Below are positions 18,996-29,217 of a stretch of DNA of 64,000 nucleotides, piece after piece. The number at the start of each line of letters is the position of its first letter. Position 1 is the first letter of the stretch. The position numbers were made by a program, and so were the translations under genes. The DNA is from Longimicrobiales bacterium (GTDB lineage: Bacteria > Gemmatimonadota > Gemmatimonadetes > Longimicrobiales > Gaopeijiaceae): the NCBI GenBank assembly GCA_965226375.1, contig CBDDCX010000008.1, positions 1,632,001 through 1,696,000 of the forward strand, read 5' to 3'. The notes beneath the pieces are model-generated. The model did no database searches. It was not told the DNA's origin and worked only from the letters and a program-made list of their open reading frames with translations.

Positions 18996-19043
18996 AAAAA
19001 AACGCGCCGTCGGGAGTATGTGACCCGACGGCGCGTTTCTTTT
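18996..19043. terminator. Bidirectional intrinsic terminator
   Basis: Perfect 15-bp stem AAACGCGCCGTCGGG/CCCGACGGCGCGTTT with A-tract before and T-tract after. Confidence 0.88.
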
Positions 19044-19081
19044 CATCCAGCCGCCCCCGTGGGGCGGCTCAGGCCTGCGTG

Positions 19082-19660
19082 TCAGCCGAAGTAATCCGGA
19101 GCATTCCCCGGCTTCCATTTAATGTTGCAGCCGACGCTGGGGCGATGTTCTTCGGAAAGGGGCCTTCCCTCCAGAACGGCGTCAGCGGCCATCCTCAGAT
19201 CATTCCCGGTTACGGGCAGGCCGTTGCTCGGCCGGCTGTCGTCGAACTGCCCTCGGTAGACCAGCCGCCCATCTCCGTCGAAGAGAAAGAAGTCGGGCGT
19301 GCATGCTGCGCCGTAGGCTTTGGCCACCGATTGATCCTCGTCGAACAAATAAGGGAAGGTGTAGCCGACCTCCTCCACCTCACGAGCCATCATCTGAGGG
19401 CTGTCTGCCGGATAGGCTTCGACATCGTTCGCGTTGATCCCCACCACGGCGAGCCCCTGCTTCTGGTAGTCACGAGCGAACTCTGCAAGCTGAACTCGCA
19501 GGTGCTTCACAAACGGACAATGGTTGCAGAGGAAAGCCACCAGCAGACCCGGTGCGTCTATGAATTCGTCCCTCGAGACGGTCCGACCCTCGGTGTCGGG
19601 GAGCGAAAATGCCGGAGCCTCCATACCGATAGGGGCCATTGTCGATGCGGTCTTGACCAC
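19082..19660 (-). CDS. Thioredoxin-fold AhpC/TSA family protein
   Basis: FLCNHCPFV, AACTPDFFLFD, YRGQFDDSRP, SVGCNIKWK. Confidence 0.92.
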   Translation of the reverse strand: MVKTASTMAPIGMEAPAFSLPDTEGRTVSRDEFIDAPGLLVAFLCNHCPFVKHLRVQLAEFARDYQKQGLAVVGINANDVEAYPADSPQMMAREVEEVGYTFPYLFDEDQSVAKAYGAACTPDFFLFDGDGRLVYRGQFDDSRPSNGLPVTGNDLRMAADAVLEGRPLSEEHRPSVGCNIKWKPGNAPDYFG

Positions 19661-19780
19661 GGGTCCTCCTGAGCCTCGATACCGGAACGGCGACGTGTCG
19701 CTCCACCGATCCGGTACCCAAGAGTGCCAGACGTGGGTCCGGACCCTCGGCTCAGTGAGGGTCGCCTACTACATCCACCT

Positions 19781-22627
19781 CTACTCGCTGCGCAGCGATT
19801 CCATGGGGTCGACCCGGGCCGCGCGGGTAGCGGGAAAATAGCAGGCCACATAGGCCACGGACGCCAGGACCAACGGCACGGGCACCAAAATCCAGAGATC
19901 GGTAGCCGACACGCCGAAGAGCAGGCCGGACACCAAACGCCCAACGGCAACGGCGGTAGGAACACCAATCGCGATCCCCGCCAGGATCAGGGTCAAGCCC
20001 TCGCGAAGGACCATGCTGCGAACCGTTGATCGCGCCGCGCCCAACGCCATGCGCACGCCGATCTCCCTCCTTCTCTGGCTCACCGAAAAAGCCATTACTC
20101 CCACCACCCCGATCATCGACAGGAGGAGTCCGACAACACCAAACGAAAGCAGCACGGCGCTTCGGAAGCGGGGCCCGGCGACGGAGCCCCGTAGGAGTTG
20201 CTGCCCGGTCTGGACGTTGTCGACGGGAATGGTCGAGTTAACGGACTGGATGGCGCTCCTGATCTGAGGCGCCAGGGACGCCGGGTCCATATCGGCCCTG
20301 ACCGCGAGCGTCATCCCTCGGGAGATGCCGTTCCACGGCTCTTGTACGGCTGGCAGATAGACGTGAGCCCGCGGCGGCTCTCCGGGACCGTAGTGGCGGA
20401 CGTCGCTCACGATCCCAACGACCTCCCATGTCTCACTGTGAATGCGAATGGGTGTTCCCACTACCCGCTCGTCCGGGGCCCAGAACATCTCCGCGGTGGA
20501 CTTGCTGACTACAGCCACACGGACGTCGTCCTTACCATCCGCACGCCCAAGCATCCTGCCCTGGAGAAGGCGCACGCCGAGTGCCGAGAAGGCGCCGGGC
20601 GTCACGGAGCGCACCTCGGCACACTCTCCCTCACCCGGGGCCGGTGGGGGAAGGTCTTCCCGCCTGGTACCGTCACACGAGTGGTTGTCGGACAGAGGCA
20701 GAATGTCGATGGCACCCACGGCCTGAACGCCCGGCACGGCGCCGACGGCACCGAACACTCCGTCGTACAACGCTTCGGCTTCATCTTCGTCGAGGTCCCA
20801 CCAGGCGGATCCGTGTAGGTCCATGGTCACCAAGGTCTCCGTTGATACTCCGACATCGACCGCACCCAGTAGCCACAGGCTCCGTACAAAGAGCCCCGCT
20901 CCGACGAGGAGCACGACCGTCAAGGACAACTCGGCCACTACCAACGCGCGCCGAAGACGTCCCCGGGCTCTTCCACCTGTGCCCTGCCGTTCGCTCGCGC
21001 CTATGGCGAAGCTGCCGGTGCCACGGGTCCCATGAACCGCTGGAATGATGCCGAAGAGGAGCCCCGTGAAGACGGATACTGCGGCCGTGAAGACGAGAAC
21101 CGCCGAGTCGATGCCGATCCCCTCGAGACGCGGCATGGCGCCCGCTGCCAATCCGACCACCACATCCAATCCGAGGTAGGCCAGCGCCACACCGACGACC
21201 CCTCCGAGCACGGCCAGGACCAGACTCTCGGACATGACCTGGGCTGCGAGACGACCGCGGCTGGCCCCCAGCGCACGACGCACGGCAACGTCGTGTTGAC
21301 GCTCCGCCGCCCGACCGAGAAGGAGATTGGCCACGTTGGCACAGGAGATCAGGAGCAGGAATCCGACGGCGCCGAAGAGCACCATGATCCCTCGCCGGAC
21401 ATCTCCCACAATCAATTCGCGAAGGGGTACGGCCACCATGCTCTGCTTCGCATTCTCCTCTGGATAGGCCTCGGCCAGCCTTGTCATGATCGTCGCCAGC
21501 TCCTCACCGGCCATCTCGACCGTGGCCCCAGCGGACAGACGAGCGACGCCCTTCCAGGACCGGCCCGAGCGGAACCAGTCTGGGGCCTCGAACCACGGAG
21601 TGCGCCAGACTTCGATCGACGAATTATCCATGCCTGACACCGGATCTTCGAACATGCGGGGGGTAACCCCCACGACCTCATACGCCTGATTATCAAGTTG
21701 TACGGTCTGCCCGACCACACTCAAATCGCCACCGAAGCGTGTCTGCCAGAGGCCGAAGTCCAACACGACCACCGGCCTGCGGCCCTCCCCCTCCTCTTCT
21801 TGGTCGAAGAAACGACCCAACACCGGCTCCACGCCGAGCACACCGAAGTAGTTCCACGATACGGTGAGACCCCGAACCACCGCGGCGTTGTCAGCCTCCG
21901 TGAACGCCGGCCTCCACGAGGACGCTCCCGCAACCGACTCGAGGGTGGTCGACTGAAGCGACACATCTCGAAGGTTGGGATAGGAGACGTTGCCGTGTTC
22001 GGGAGAAGCCTCGTTGATCCCTCGCAGGCCTACCAGAGCGGCGGGGTCACCGAGGACGAGCGGGCGGAGTAGAACGCCCTGAACGATGCTGAAGAGAGCC
22101 GTATTGGCCCCGATTCCCAACGCCAGCGTGAGTACGGCCACCACCGCAAAGCCCGGCCTCCTACGTAACCCCCGTACCGCCATCGCCAGGTCCTTACCAA
22201 ACCCATCCATCGTCACCCCTCCCGCCAACAAGTATGCAGCATCCGGAACCGCACCGGCGGCCCGCACCACGAACAGCCTCGATCCCACCTCTCCACCCGG
22301 CCAAGCGTGCCGGCGGCCTGTAACTCCGCCCTTCGATGCGACAACTACCGCCATCGCCAGGTCCTTACCAAACCCATCCATCGTCACCCCTCCCGCCAAC
22401 AAGTATGCAGCATCCGGAACCGCACCGGCGGCCCGCACCACGGGATCCCACCTCTCCACCCGGCCAAGCGTGCCGGCGGCCTGTAACTCCGCCCTTCGAT
22501 GCGACAACTCACCCAGCCATTCGCTCCGCCAATCCCGGCGCACCGATCGTGGGACGAAAAGACCCGCAGCCGAGATGATGGCCCCACACAGGGCGCTATC
22601 CCAGGGGAAGCTTGCCTTCAAGGGCAT
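19781..22627 (-). CDS. Duplicated orphan ABC permease (ADOP, MacB/FtsX-like) with N-terminal tandem duplication
   Basis: TLALGIGANTALFS, LLISCANVANLL, EIGVRMALGA, PATRAARVDP; no ATPase gene adjacent. Confidence 0.9.
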   Translation of the reverse strand: MPLKASFPWDSALCGAIISAAGLFVPRSVRRDWRSEWLGELSHRRAELQAAGTLGRVERWDPVVRAAGAVPDAAYLLAGGVTMDGFGKDLAMAVVVASKGGVTGRRHAWPGGEVGSRLFVVRAAGAVPDAAYLLAGGVTMDGFGKDLAMAVRGLRRRPGFAVVAVLTLALGIGANTALFSIVQGVLLRPLVLGDPAALVGLRGINEASPEHGNVSYPNLRDVSLQSTTLESVAGASSWRPAFTEADNAAVVRGLTVSWNYFGVLGVEPVLGRFFDQEEEGEGRRPVVVLDFGLWQTRFGGDLSVVGQTVQLDNQAYEVVGVTPRMFEDPVSGMDNSSIEVWRTPWFEAPDWFRSGRSWKGVARLSAGATVEMAGEELATIMTRLAEAYPEENAKQSMVAVPLRELIVGDVRRGIMVLFGAVGFLLLISCANVANLLLGRAAERQHDVAVRRALGASRGRLAAQVMSESLVLAVLGGVVGVALAYLGLDVVVGLAAGAMPRLEGIGIDSAVLVFTAAVSVFTGLLFGIIPAVHGTRGTGSFAIGASERQGTGGRARGRLRRALVVAELSLTVVLLVGAGLFVRSLWLLGAVDVGVSTETLVTMDLHGSAWWDLDEDEAEALYDGVFGAVGAVPGVQAVGAIDILPLSDNHSCDGTRREDLPPPAPGEGECAEVRSVTPGAFSALGVRLLQGRMLGRADGKDDVRVAVVSKSTAEMFWAPDERVVGTPIRIHSETWEVVGIVSDVRHYGPGEPPRAHVYLPAVQEPWNGISRGMTLAVRADMDPASLAPQIRSAIQSVNSTIPVDNVQTGQQLLRGSVAGPRFRSAVLLSFGVVGLLLSMIGVVGVMAFSVSQRRREIGVRMALGAARSTVRSMVLREGLTLILAGIAIGVPTAVAVGRLVSGLLFGVSATDLWILVPVPLVLASVAYVACYFPATRAARVDPMESLRSE
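22175..22509. repeat. Tandem duplication (~163-bp unit; one copy 8 nt longer)
   Basis: 22175-22346 and 22346-22509 identical except CACGAACAGCCTCGATCCC vs CACGGGATCCC. Confidence 0.95.
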
Positions 22628-22631
22628 GGCA

Positions 22632-22949
22632 CTAGCCCGTCTGCCGCCCGAGAGGTCGATTCAATAGCGCCCGGGCGTCAGCCAGCCTCTGTTCCGCAAG
22701 AGGCAGCACCTCCGAGCCTAGGGCGGTGACCTCATAGAGTCTTCTCTTGGGCCGTCCTTCTTCAACCAGCACGGTCGGCTTCTCCCAACGCGCTCGGAGA
22801 TAACCGGCCCGCTCCAGCCGACGAAGCGCCGGGTAGATGGTGCCACTCGGTATTCCGGTGACGTCCATGATGTCGAAGCCGTACGTATAGCCGGCCACAA
22901 CGGCCTTGAGAATCAACGCGGTCGCGGGGGTGATTCGAACGGTTCCCAC
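22632..22949 (-). CDS. PadR family transcriptional regulator
   Basis: YGFDI, GTIYPALRRLE, RRLYEVT.LG. Confidence 0.92.
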   Translation of the reverse strand: MGTVRITPATALILKAVVAGYTYGFDIMDVTGIPSGTIYPALRRLERAGYLRARWEKPTVLVEEGRPKRRLYEVTALGSEVLPLAEQRLADARALLNRPLGRQTG

Positions 22950-22978
22950 GGTGCCCTCCTCCGAGGCTATTATGAACT

Positions 22979-23016
22979 CGACATAGCATAGTATGACGAA
23001 GTCTACATAGGGTCAA
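22979..23016 (-). promoter_or_regulatory. padR promoter with overlapping direct-repeat operator
   Basis: TTGACC-N17-TACTAT on minus strand; repeats CTATGTAGA / CTATGTCGA. Confidence 0.65.
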
Positions 23017-23103
23017 GAGCACAGCTAACAGGGGATGCCTGTGAACAAGTGGACGGTGCTGATCCGGCGATGAGGAGGACGACTCAATACCGCCCTTGTA
23101 AGG

Positions 23104-23589
23104 TCAGCTTCCGTCGCCTTTGAGCTGCTCGGGCAGCGTGACGAGGTCAAGGATCTTGAAGCGCCGCTCCCCGACCGGAAGGTCGATCGTGACCTCTTCG
23201 GACTGGCGCGCTCCCATGAGCCCACGACCGATGGGCGAAGCCATGGAAACCTGCCCGCCATCGAGATCCATGAAGTCACCGGCCACGATGGTCAGCTGCT
23301 TTACCTCGTCCATGGCCAGATCGTGGATCTCGACCTTGGAACCAAAGCCGACACGATCGGCGGGCATGGCGTCGACATCGATCTTCGAGAGCTCAGACAT
23401 GCGGCTGCTGAGATGCCCCAGACGGGCCTGGACGAACTGCTGTCGCTCGAGCGCAGCCTTGTACTCGGAGTTCTCGCGCAGGTCGCCCAGCTCGACGGCC
23501 TTCTGAATGCGCTCGGGGAGCAGGACGTTGAGCTCTCGCGTCAACGCCACGATCTCCGCTTCGATCTTCTCCCGAATCTGATCCAACAT
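23104..23589 (-). CDS. greA: Transcription elongation factor GreA
   Basis: GDLRENSEY.AA, VGFGS.V, VSMASPIGRGL. Confidence 0.9.
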   Translation of the reverse strand: MLDQIREKIEAEIVALTRELNVLLPERIQKAVELGDLRENSEYKAALERQQFVQARLGHLSSRMSELSKIDVDAMPADRVGFGSKVEIHDLAMDEVKQLTIVAGDFMDLDGGQVSMASPIGRGLMGARQSEEVTIDLPVGERRFKILDLVTLPEQLKGDGS

Positions 23590-23638
23590 GAGGCTACGAT
23601 CCTGAGTGTATTGCTGAGAACATGGGCCTGGGACGCAT

Positions 23639-23682
23639 AAAACGAAGAGGGCCGCCCTCTCGGTCCGGACCGAGGAGCGGCC
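23639..23682 (-). terminator. Intrinsic terminator-like hairpin upstream of greA
   Basis: GGCCGCTCCTCGGTC/GACCGAGAGGGCGGCC followed by CTCTTCGTTTT on minus strand. Confidence 0.6.
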
Positions 23683-23779
23683 AGCAAGCCTTAGTTTAGC
23701 GCCTCGGCCCGTGCGAACGAAAGGGACTCGGTGATCCCGGCACCCTATCGACGTCTTGGGAAGTCACACTGAGTGGGCT

Positions 23780-24655
23780 CTACCCCTCGCGCTCCAGCGT
23801 GCGCGTCAGGCAGGTAGGTCCACCCGACCCCTTGAGGCAGATCTCGGAACCGGCAAACAGGTGGACCTGTACGCCGGCGGCCTCCATCCGTCGGCGTGTC
23901 TCCGGGCTACCGTCGGCCGCGACACATACCCGCGGCGCGACCGTGAGCACGTTGCAGCCCAGGGTGTCGTACTCCTCTTCCGGCACTTCCAACAACTCGA
24001 TGCCTCGCGATCGAAGCATCTCCCGAAAGGGAACCGGCATGAGAGGAGAGTACACGACGGCCAGATCTTCATCGATGAGGCTGACGATGGACATGAGGTG
24101 GAAGACGTCCTCAGGGCCCCGAAAGTGGGGAAGCGGGACCGTCACGATCTCCACGTCTGGACCTACGAGCCTAGCGAGCTGCCCGATGCCCTCCGCATCG
24201 GTTCTGTATCCCCTCCCCACGGCCAACGTACCCCTATCCAGCCACACCACGTCTCCCCCCTCCAGCCGGCCCTCGCCGTCGATCCCCGAAAGCACTGGGA
24301 CACCCCAGTTGCGGTAGGCGAGATCCTGCGCCGAGGGCTCTCCTCGCCGGGCCTCCTTTCCCATGCTACAAAGGATGACGCCCGAGTCGGAGACTACGGC
24401 AGCATCTCGGGCGTAGATGGAGTCGAGGCCCACATCGTCCGCCGGGGGCAGGAAGAGCAACTCAGTTCCCAAGTCCTCGAGAAGTCTCGCGAACGCGTCG
24501 TATTCCCGTGCGGCGAGGAGAGGATCGGGGCGACCCAGGTAGCCCAAGGCCTTCCATTGGGCGTCGATGGCCTCGTCGCCACCAAGGGCATCACGCGGAT
24601 GCTTCACTACGGCCCGTAGCAGGCGGCCTACGTCGGATTGATACGTACTACCCAT
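23780..24655 (-). CDS. Amidinotransferase / dimethylarginine dimethylaminohydrolase (arginine deiminase superfamily)
   Basis: DSIYARD, RRGEP, LEGGD, FHL, GSGGPTCLT catalytic Cys motif; start uncertain (24655-24691). Confidence 0.88.
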   Translation of the reverse strand: MGSTYQSDVGRLLRAVVKHPRDALGGDEAIDAQWKALGYLGRPDPLLAAREYDAFARLLEDLGTELLFLPPADDVGLDSIYARDAAVVSDSGVILCSMGKEARRGEPSAQDLAYRNWGVPVLSGIDGEGRLEGGDVVWLDRGTLAVGRGYRTDAEGIGQLARLVGPDVEIVTVPLPHFRGPEDVFHLMSIVSLIDEDLAVVYSPLMPVPFREMLRSRGIELLEVPEEEYDTLGCNVLTVAPRVCVAADGSPETRRRMEAAGVQVHLFAGSEICLKGSGGPTCLTRTLEREG

Positions 24656-24724
24656 CCGCGGCATGCTCGGGGTCTCTCCAGTCGACGTCAAGGACGCCCA
24701 GGGGCCGTCAAGGACGGGGAGTCG

Positions 24725-25883
24725 CTACTCCGTTCGCAACGCATCCACGGGGTTCACACGGCTGGCCCGTCGCGCGGGGACATAGGCGGCCACGAACGCC
24801 ACGCCGGCAAGCATCGTGGGAATGCCCACGAACGTGGCCACGTCCGTCGCCTCGATCCCGTACAGGTAGCTCGAGATGAGCCAGGTGACGGCACCGGCAA
24901 TGGCCAGGCCAATGACACTTCCCGCCGCGACGAGACGCATGCCATCACCGACGACCATGCGGATCACGGAGACCGCATCGGCCCCCAGCGACATCCGTAT
25001 CCCCACTTCGCGGGTCCGCCGGGCTACCGCGTAACTCACGAGCCCGTACAGGCCCACTGCGGAGAGCAGCAACGCTAGACCGCCGAACACGCTCAAGCGC
25101 AGAGCAGCCATCCTTGGCGGGAACAACATGAAAGCCAGGTGCTCGTTCATGGTCATGATGTCGAGTATCACCATGCCCGAACGAAGCTCGTTGATCGCCG
25201 CGCGCGACTGCGCGACCAACTGCGACGCGCTGCCTCCGCCGCGCACTACGTACATCAAGCCAGGATCATAGGACTGGCTCGCGCTAAAGTAGATGTACGG
25301 CCTCGAGTCCTCTCCCAGCGTTCTGACTTTGGTGTCGCGAGCCAAACCAACGACCTCGTAGGTCCTGTCGCGTGAGTCCACGGTCTTGCCGATGGGGTCG
25401 TCATTGGGCCAGAAACGCCGAGCGAAGGCCTCGCTCACCACAACCACCCTTGGCGACTCGGGGCTATCCACGGCCGAGAAGGCCCGGCCGCGAACGAGCG
25501 GAACGTCCATGGTCTCGAAGTAGTCGTCTCCTACACTGGTGGCGTCGATGTCGTAGCTGTCCCGATCGGGGAGCGGCTCCACACCCTCCGGTAACACATC
25601 CGTGAGCCGGATATTTGCTCCCAAGGGAATCCGGCTGGCCGTTCCGACCGCGGTGACCCCGGGAATGGCCCTCAGTCGGTCCTTGAGTTCGTCCTGGCAC
25701 ACGAACCCCTCTTCTTGCGAAAGGCCGCTCATTTCAAGGTTGGGCCATACGATCGCCGACGGCCCCGAGTAGAAGCCCAACTCGATGGCTTGGGCCTTCT
25801 GCAGGCTGCGTACGAAGAGTCCCGCCCCGATCAGGAGCACCAAGGAAAGCGCAACCTGAGCAACGACAAGTGAGTTGCGCAGG
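24725..25883 (-). pseudogene. ADOP ABC permease, 3' part (IS-interrupted)
   Basis: Resumes at RNSLVVAQVALSLVLLIGAGLF; ends PARRASRVNP. Confidence 0.9.
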
Positions 25884-25884
25884 G

Positions 25885-27194
25885 GGTACAGCCTACCCTG
25901 ATCCTTTACACAATGGCCTACACTGATGGTTGACAGGTTCCTATCAACCAGGGTTCTGCAACAAGGAGAGCCCGATGGACTGGAACCGGTCGACCATGTA
26001 CGAGCAAAGAGTACGCTTCATCCTCGAAGTGCAACAACGGACGTTCAGTTTCGCCGAGTCCTGTAGGCGCTACGGTATCAGCAGGACCGCGGGATACACC
26101 TGGTGGAATCGCTTCCGCGCAGAGGGATTCGAGGGACTGCAAGAGCGATCGCGCCGACCCCATCACTGCCCGCACGCCGTGGAGGAGCCGATCGTCGAAC
26201 ACGTCGTCGACCTGCGTCAGCGCTACGGATGGGGATCACGCAAGATCCGTAAACTCACAGCTGAGAAGTTTGGCTCGGCCCCAGTTCGCAGGACGATCGA
26301 TCGCATCTTCGAGCGTCACGACCTGATCACGAAGAAGCGCAGACGCTCCGGCAAACCGGGCCACCCCGGCAAGCCGCTCACTGCGATGGATGAGCCCAAT
26401 GCGGTCTGGACCGTCGACTTCAAAGGGCAGTTCAAGATGCGCAACGGTCGCTACTGCTACCCCCTCACGATCCAGGACGGCTTCAGCCGGTTCCTGCTCG
26501 AGTGCACAGGGCTGTATTCCACGTCGATCGAGCTCGCCAAGCCTGTGTTCATCAGGACTTTCCGCGAGTTCGGTCTGCCCGCCGTCATCCGCTCCGACAA
26601 TGGTACGCCCTTCGCTTCCATCGGCCTCGCTCGCCTCACACGCCTGAGTGCCTGGTGGATCCGCCTCGGTATCCGTCCTGAGACCATCGAGCCGGGTAAG
26701 CCGCAGCAGAACGGCCGACACGAACGCATGCACAGGACCCTCAAGCGTGAAGCCACTCGCCCGCCCAAGGCCAACCTCAGTGCCCAGCAGCGCCACTTCA
26801 ACGACTTCCGCCACACATTCAATCACATCCGCCCCCACGAGGCGCTCGACGACGCTACTCCCCATTCCGTCTACCGATCGGCTCTTAGAGCCTACCCCGA
26901 CGTCCTTCCGCCCATCGAGTACCCTGAGCACTTCGAGGTCCGTAAGGTCTCTACAAACGGAGCCATCCGCTGGCACTCGCGTTGGATCAACATCAGTTCG
27001 GCTCTGGGCAACGAGTTCATCGGGCTCGAACCCATCGGCCCCGCTCTGTGGCAGGTCTACTTCGGTCCCACTACCCTCGGGTGGTTTGACGAAGAACTCT
27101 TCGTCATTTTCGACACCCACGGTAACACAGGACGTAACCCAATCTGTTAACCATCAGCTGGCACACTTGTGTTAACCATCAGGTGCGCTGTTCA
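25885..27194 (+). mobile_element. IS481-family insertion sequence
   Basis: ~51-bp imperfect terminal IRs (GGTACAGCC... / ...GCGCTGTTCA), each with two CTGATGGTTAACA-like sub-repeats; splits the permease at FNL|RNS; exact TSD ambiguous. Confidence 0.9.
25975..27150 (+). CDS. IS481-family DDE transposase
   Basis: HTH; WTVDFKG, RSDNGTPF, PQQNGRHERMHRTLK, RPHEAL; SD AAGGAG. Confidence 0.93.
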   Translation: MDWNRSTMYEQRVRFILEVQQRTFSFAESCRRYGISRTAGYTWWNRFRAEGFEGLQERSRRPHHCPHAVEEPIVEHVVDLRQRYGWGSRKIRKLTAEKFGSAPVRRTIDRIFERHDLITKKRRRSGKPGHPGKPLTAMDEPNAVWTVDFKGQFKMRNGRYCYPLTIQDGFSRFLLECTGLYSTSIELAKPVFIRTFREFGLPAVIRSDNGTPFASIGLARLTRLSAWWIRLGIRPETIEPGKPQQNGRHERMHRTLKREATRPPKANLSAQQRHFNDFRHTFNHIRPHEALDDATPHSVYRSALRAYPDVLPPIEYPEHFEVRKVSTNGAIRWHSRWINISSALGNEFIGLEPIGPALWQVYFGPTTLGWFDEELFVIFDTHGNTGRNPIC

Positions 27195-28773
27195 GGTTGA
27201 AGCGACCCCGGCTGCCCGTGGTCCGACCCTCATCCCTCAATGTGGGCGCTACGTCAGGCTTGGTGGACTGCAGCGCCGGTACCAGGCCGAAGAACACGCC
27301 CGCCAGTACGGAGATTCCCAGAGTGAAGAACAGAACCTGGCGGTCGATGGTGATATCCAAGTTGATCGGGATGGGGATGGGCGGCTGGAAAGAGAGCAGC
27401 GCGGAGATCGTCCACTGGGCGACAAGAATTCCCGCCGCACCTCCCAAGCCTGCGAGTAAGACGGTTTCGGTGAGCAGCTGCCTCACCAGTGTGCTTCTCC
27501 TGGCGCCCAGGGCCAGCCTCACCGCGATCTCTTTCTGCCGGTCCGCGGCTCGTGCCAGAAGGAAGCTTGCCAGGTTCGCACACGCGATCAGCAGCACGAG
27601 CCCTACAACCGTGAGCAGCAGCCCCGCCACCGGTACCAGAGCCTTGTCCACGAAAGGGTGGACCGAGACGTCCTCAGTAGCGAGGACCGTCATGAGCCGA
27701 CCCTCATTGGTGTCGGGGTACTCTTCCGCCAACGCCGTGGAGAAGGCCAATACGGCGGCGTCTGCCTGTTCAACCGACACTCCCGACCGCAGTCGACCCT
27801 TCGCGAACAGGTTGCGCGTGCCGCGTCGTTGGAATCGACTTCCCGATACGAACTCCAACACATCGGCCATCATCATGGGGACATAGAATTCCGGAACCAG
27901 CCCCGCATACATGCCCTTGAAGCTCTCGGGCGCCACACCCACGACGGTGAAGACGTGTCCGTTGAGCCGCACCGAGCTGCCGACGACACCCGGATCACCA
28001 CCGAAGTCGCTCTGCCAGTATTGGTGGCCAAGAACCATGACCGGATGCGTACCTGGTGTGGCGTCTTCTTCGGGAAGAAAGCCACGCCCCAGGACGGGAC
28101 GCACACCCAGCATCGAGAAGTAGTTACCGGTGACGACCTCCATCTGGCGGATCCGGGTCTCGCTGCCGTCGTCCCGATCCGTCATAGCCATGAAGAGGTA
28201 GTAGGCCACAACGTCACTGAAGACCTCATTGGAGTCCCTGAGATCAGCGAAGTCCGGATAGGACAATGTGAGGTAGGCGTAGTCGTCATCCGACTGGTAG
28301 ATCTCCACGAGCTCTTCGGGAGCCTCGACCGGGAGCCCGCGGAGAAGAAGGCTGTTCACGATGCTGAAGATCGCCGTGTTGGCCCCGATGCCGAGCGCCA
28401 GAGACAGCACCGCCACCATGGTGAATCCGGGGCTCCGCGCGAGGCGGCGGAGTGCATAGCGTAGGTCCTGGTTGAGAATGTCCATTTGATCTCTCTTGGG
28501 GTGCTCAGAGGAGCCGGAAGGACGGCCGAAGCCGAGGGCATTCACGGTACGTCCGAGCCCGTTCTTAGTTCGGTATGCGAAGCCGATCACGGCTCCGCGA
28601 AAGGCGGTCGCCCAAAGCCACGCGCGAGCGGCGCCGGGACCCTTCTCCGGAATGACGAAGTCTTCGTACTCTTCGAGGAGATCGCCCAGGAAGGCTTCGC
28701 GATGCCTGCGGGGGATCAAGAGCGCCAGAAGCCGAAGGGCGCGGGGAACCGGGAGAAGTGGGACGCGGCTCAC
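27195..28773 (-). pseudogene. ADOP ABC permease, 5' part (IS-interrupted)
   Basis: FLGDLLEEY leader, DLRYALRRL, SLALGIGANTAIFS, LLIACANLA. Confidence 0.9.
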
Positions 28774-29111
28774 GGCTTCACAACGGAGCCGGTCTCATGC
28801 CCCTCCCACATGGCCGCGATCATGTCGCGGGCGCGGTCCAGCATGGCCCGTCCCGAGGGCTCCAGGTGGAAGTAACGGCGGGACCGTCCACCTCGGGAGT
28901 TGGTCGGACGGCTCATGGCCGAGGTGACGTATCCGCGCTCCTCGAGACGATCCATCGTCGGGTAGATGGCACCCAAAGAGACGGGCCGGCCCGTGCGCTC
29001 CTCGATCTCCCTGCGGATGGTGACGCCGTATGCATCTTCACCAAGCCGCATGACCGCCAAGAGCAACAGGTGCTCGAACTCTCCCAGAGATTTCCAACGG
29101 CTCACGATCAT
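28770..29111 (-). CDS. PadR family transcriptional regulator
   Basis: LGEFEHLLLLA, AYGVTI, GAIYPTMDRLE, RRYF. Confidence 0.92.
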   Translation of the reverse strand: MIVSRWKSLGEFEHLLLLAVMRLGEDAYGVTIRREIEERTGRPVSLGAIYPTMDRLEERGYVTSAMSRPTNSRGGRSRRYFHLEPSGRAMLDRARDMIAAMWEGHETGSVVKP

Positions 29112-29132
29112 CCCCCCGTCGGTGCGTGACGT

Positions 29133-29161
29133 TGATTTGTCAGAACTCCTAGGACAAATCA
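29133..29161. promoter_or_regulatory. Palindromic operator upstream of padR
   Basis: TGATTTGTC-N11-GACAAATCA perfect 9-bp inverted repeat. Confidence 0.55.
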
Positions 29162-29217
29162 TGCACGTCCGTACGGAAGGTGATCGATGGAGGTTTCAGC
29201 GGGCGCTGTGGGAGACG

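Noticed and set aside
22175..22509. CRISPR array or diversity-generating retroelement template/variable repeat
   Set aside because: Only two long adjacent copies, no spacers, no adenine-specific mismatches, and no cas or reverse transcriptase gene in the window.
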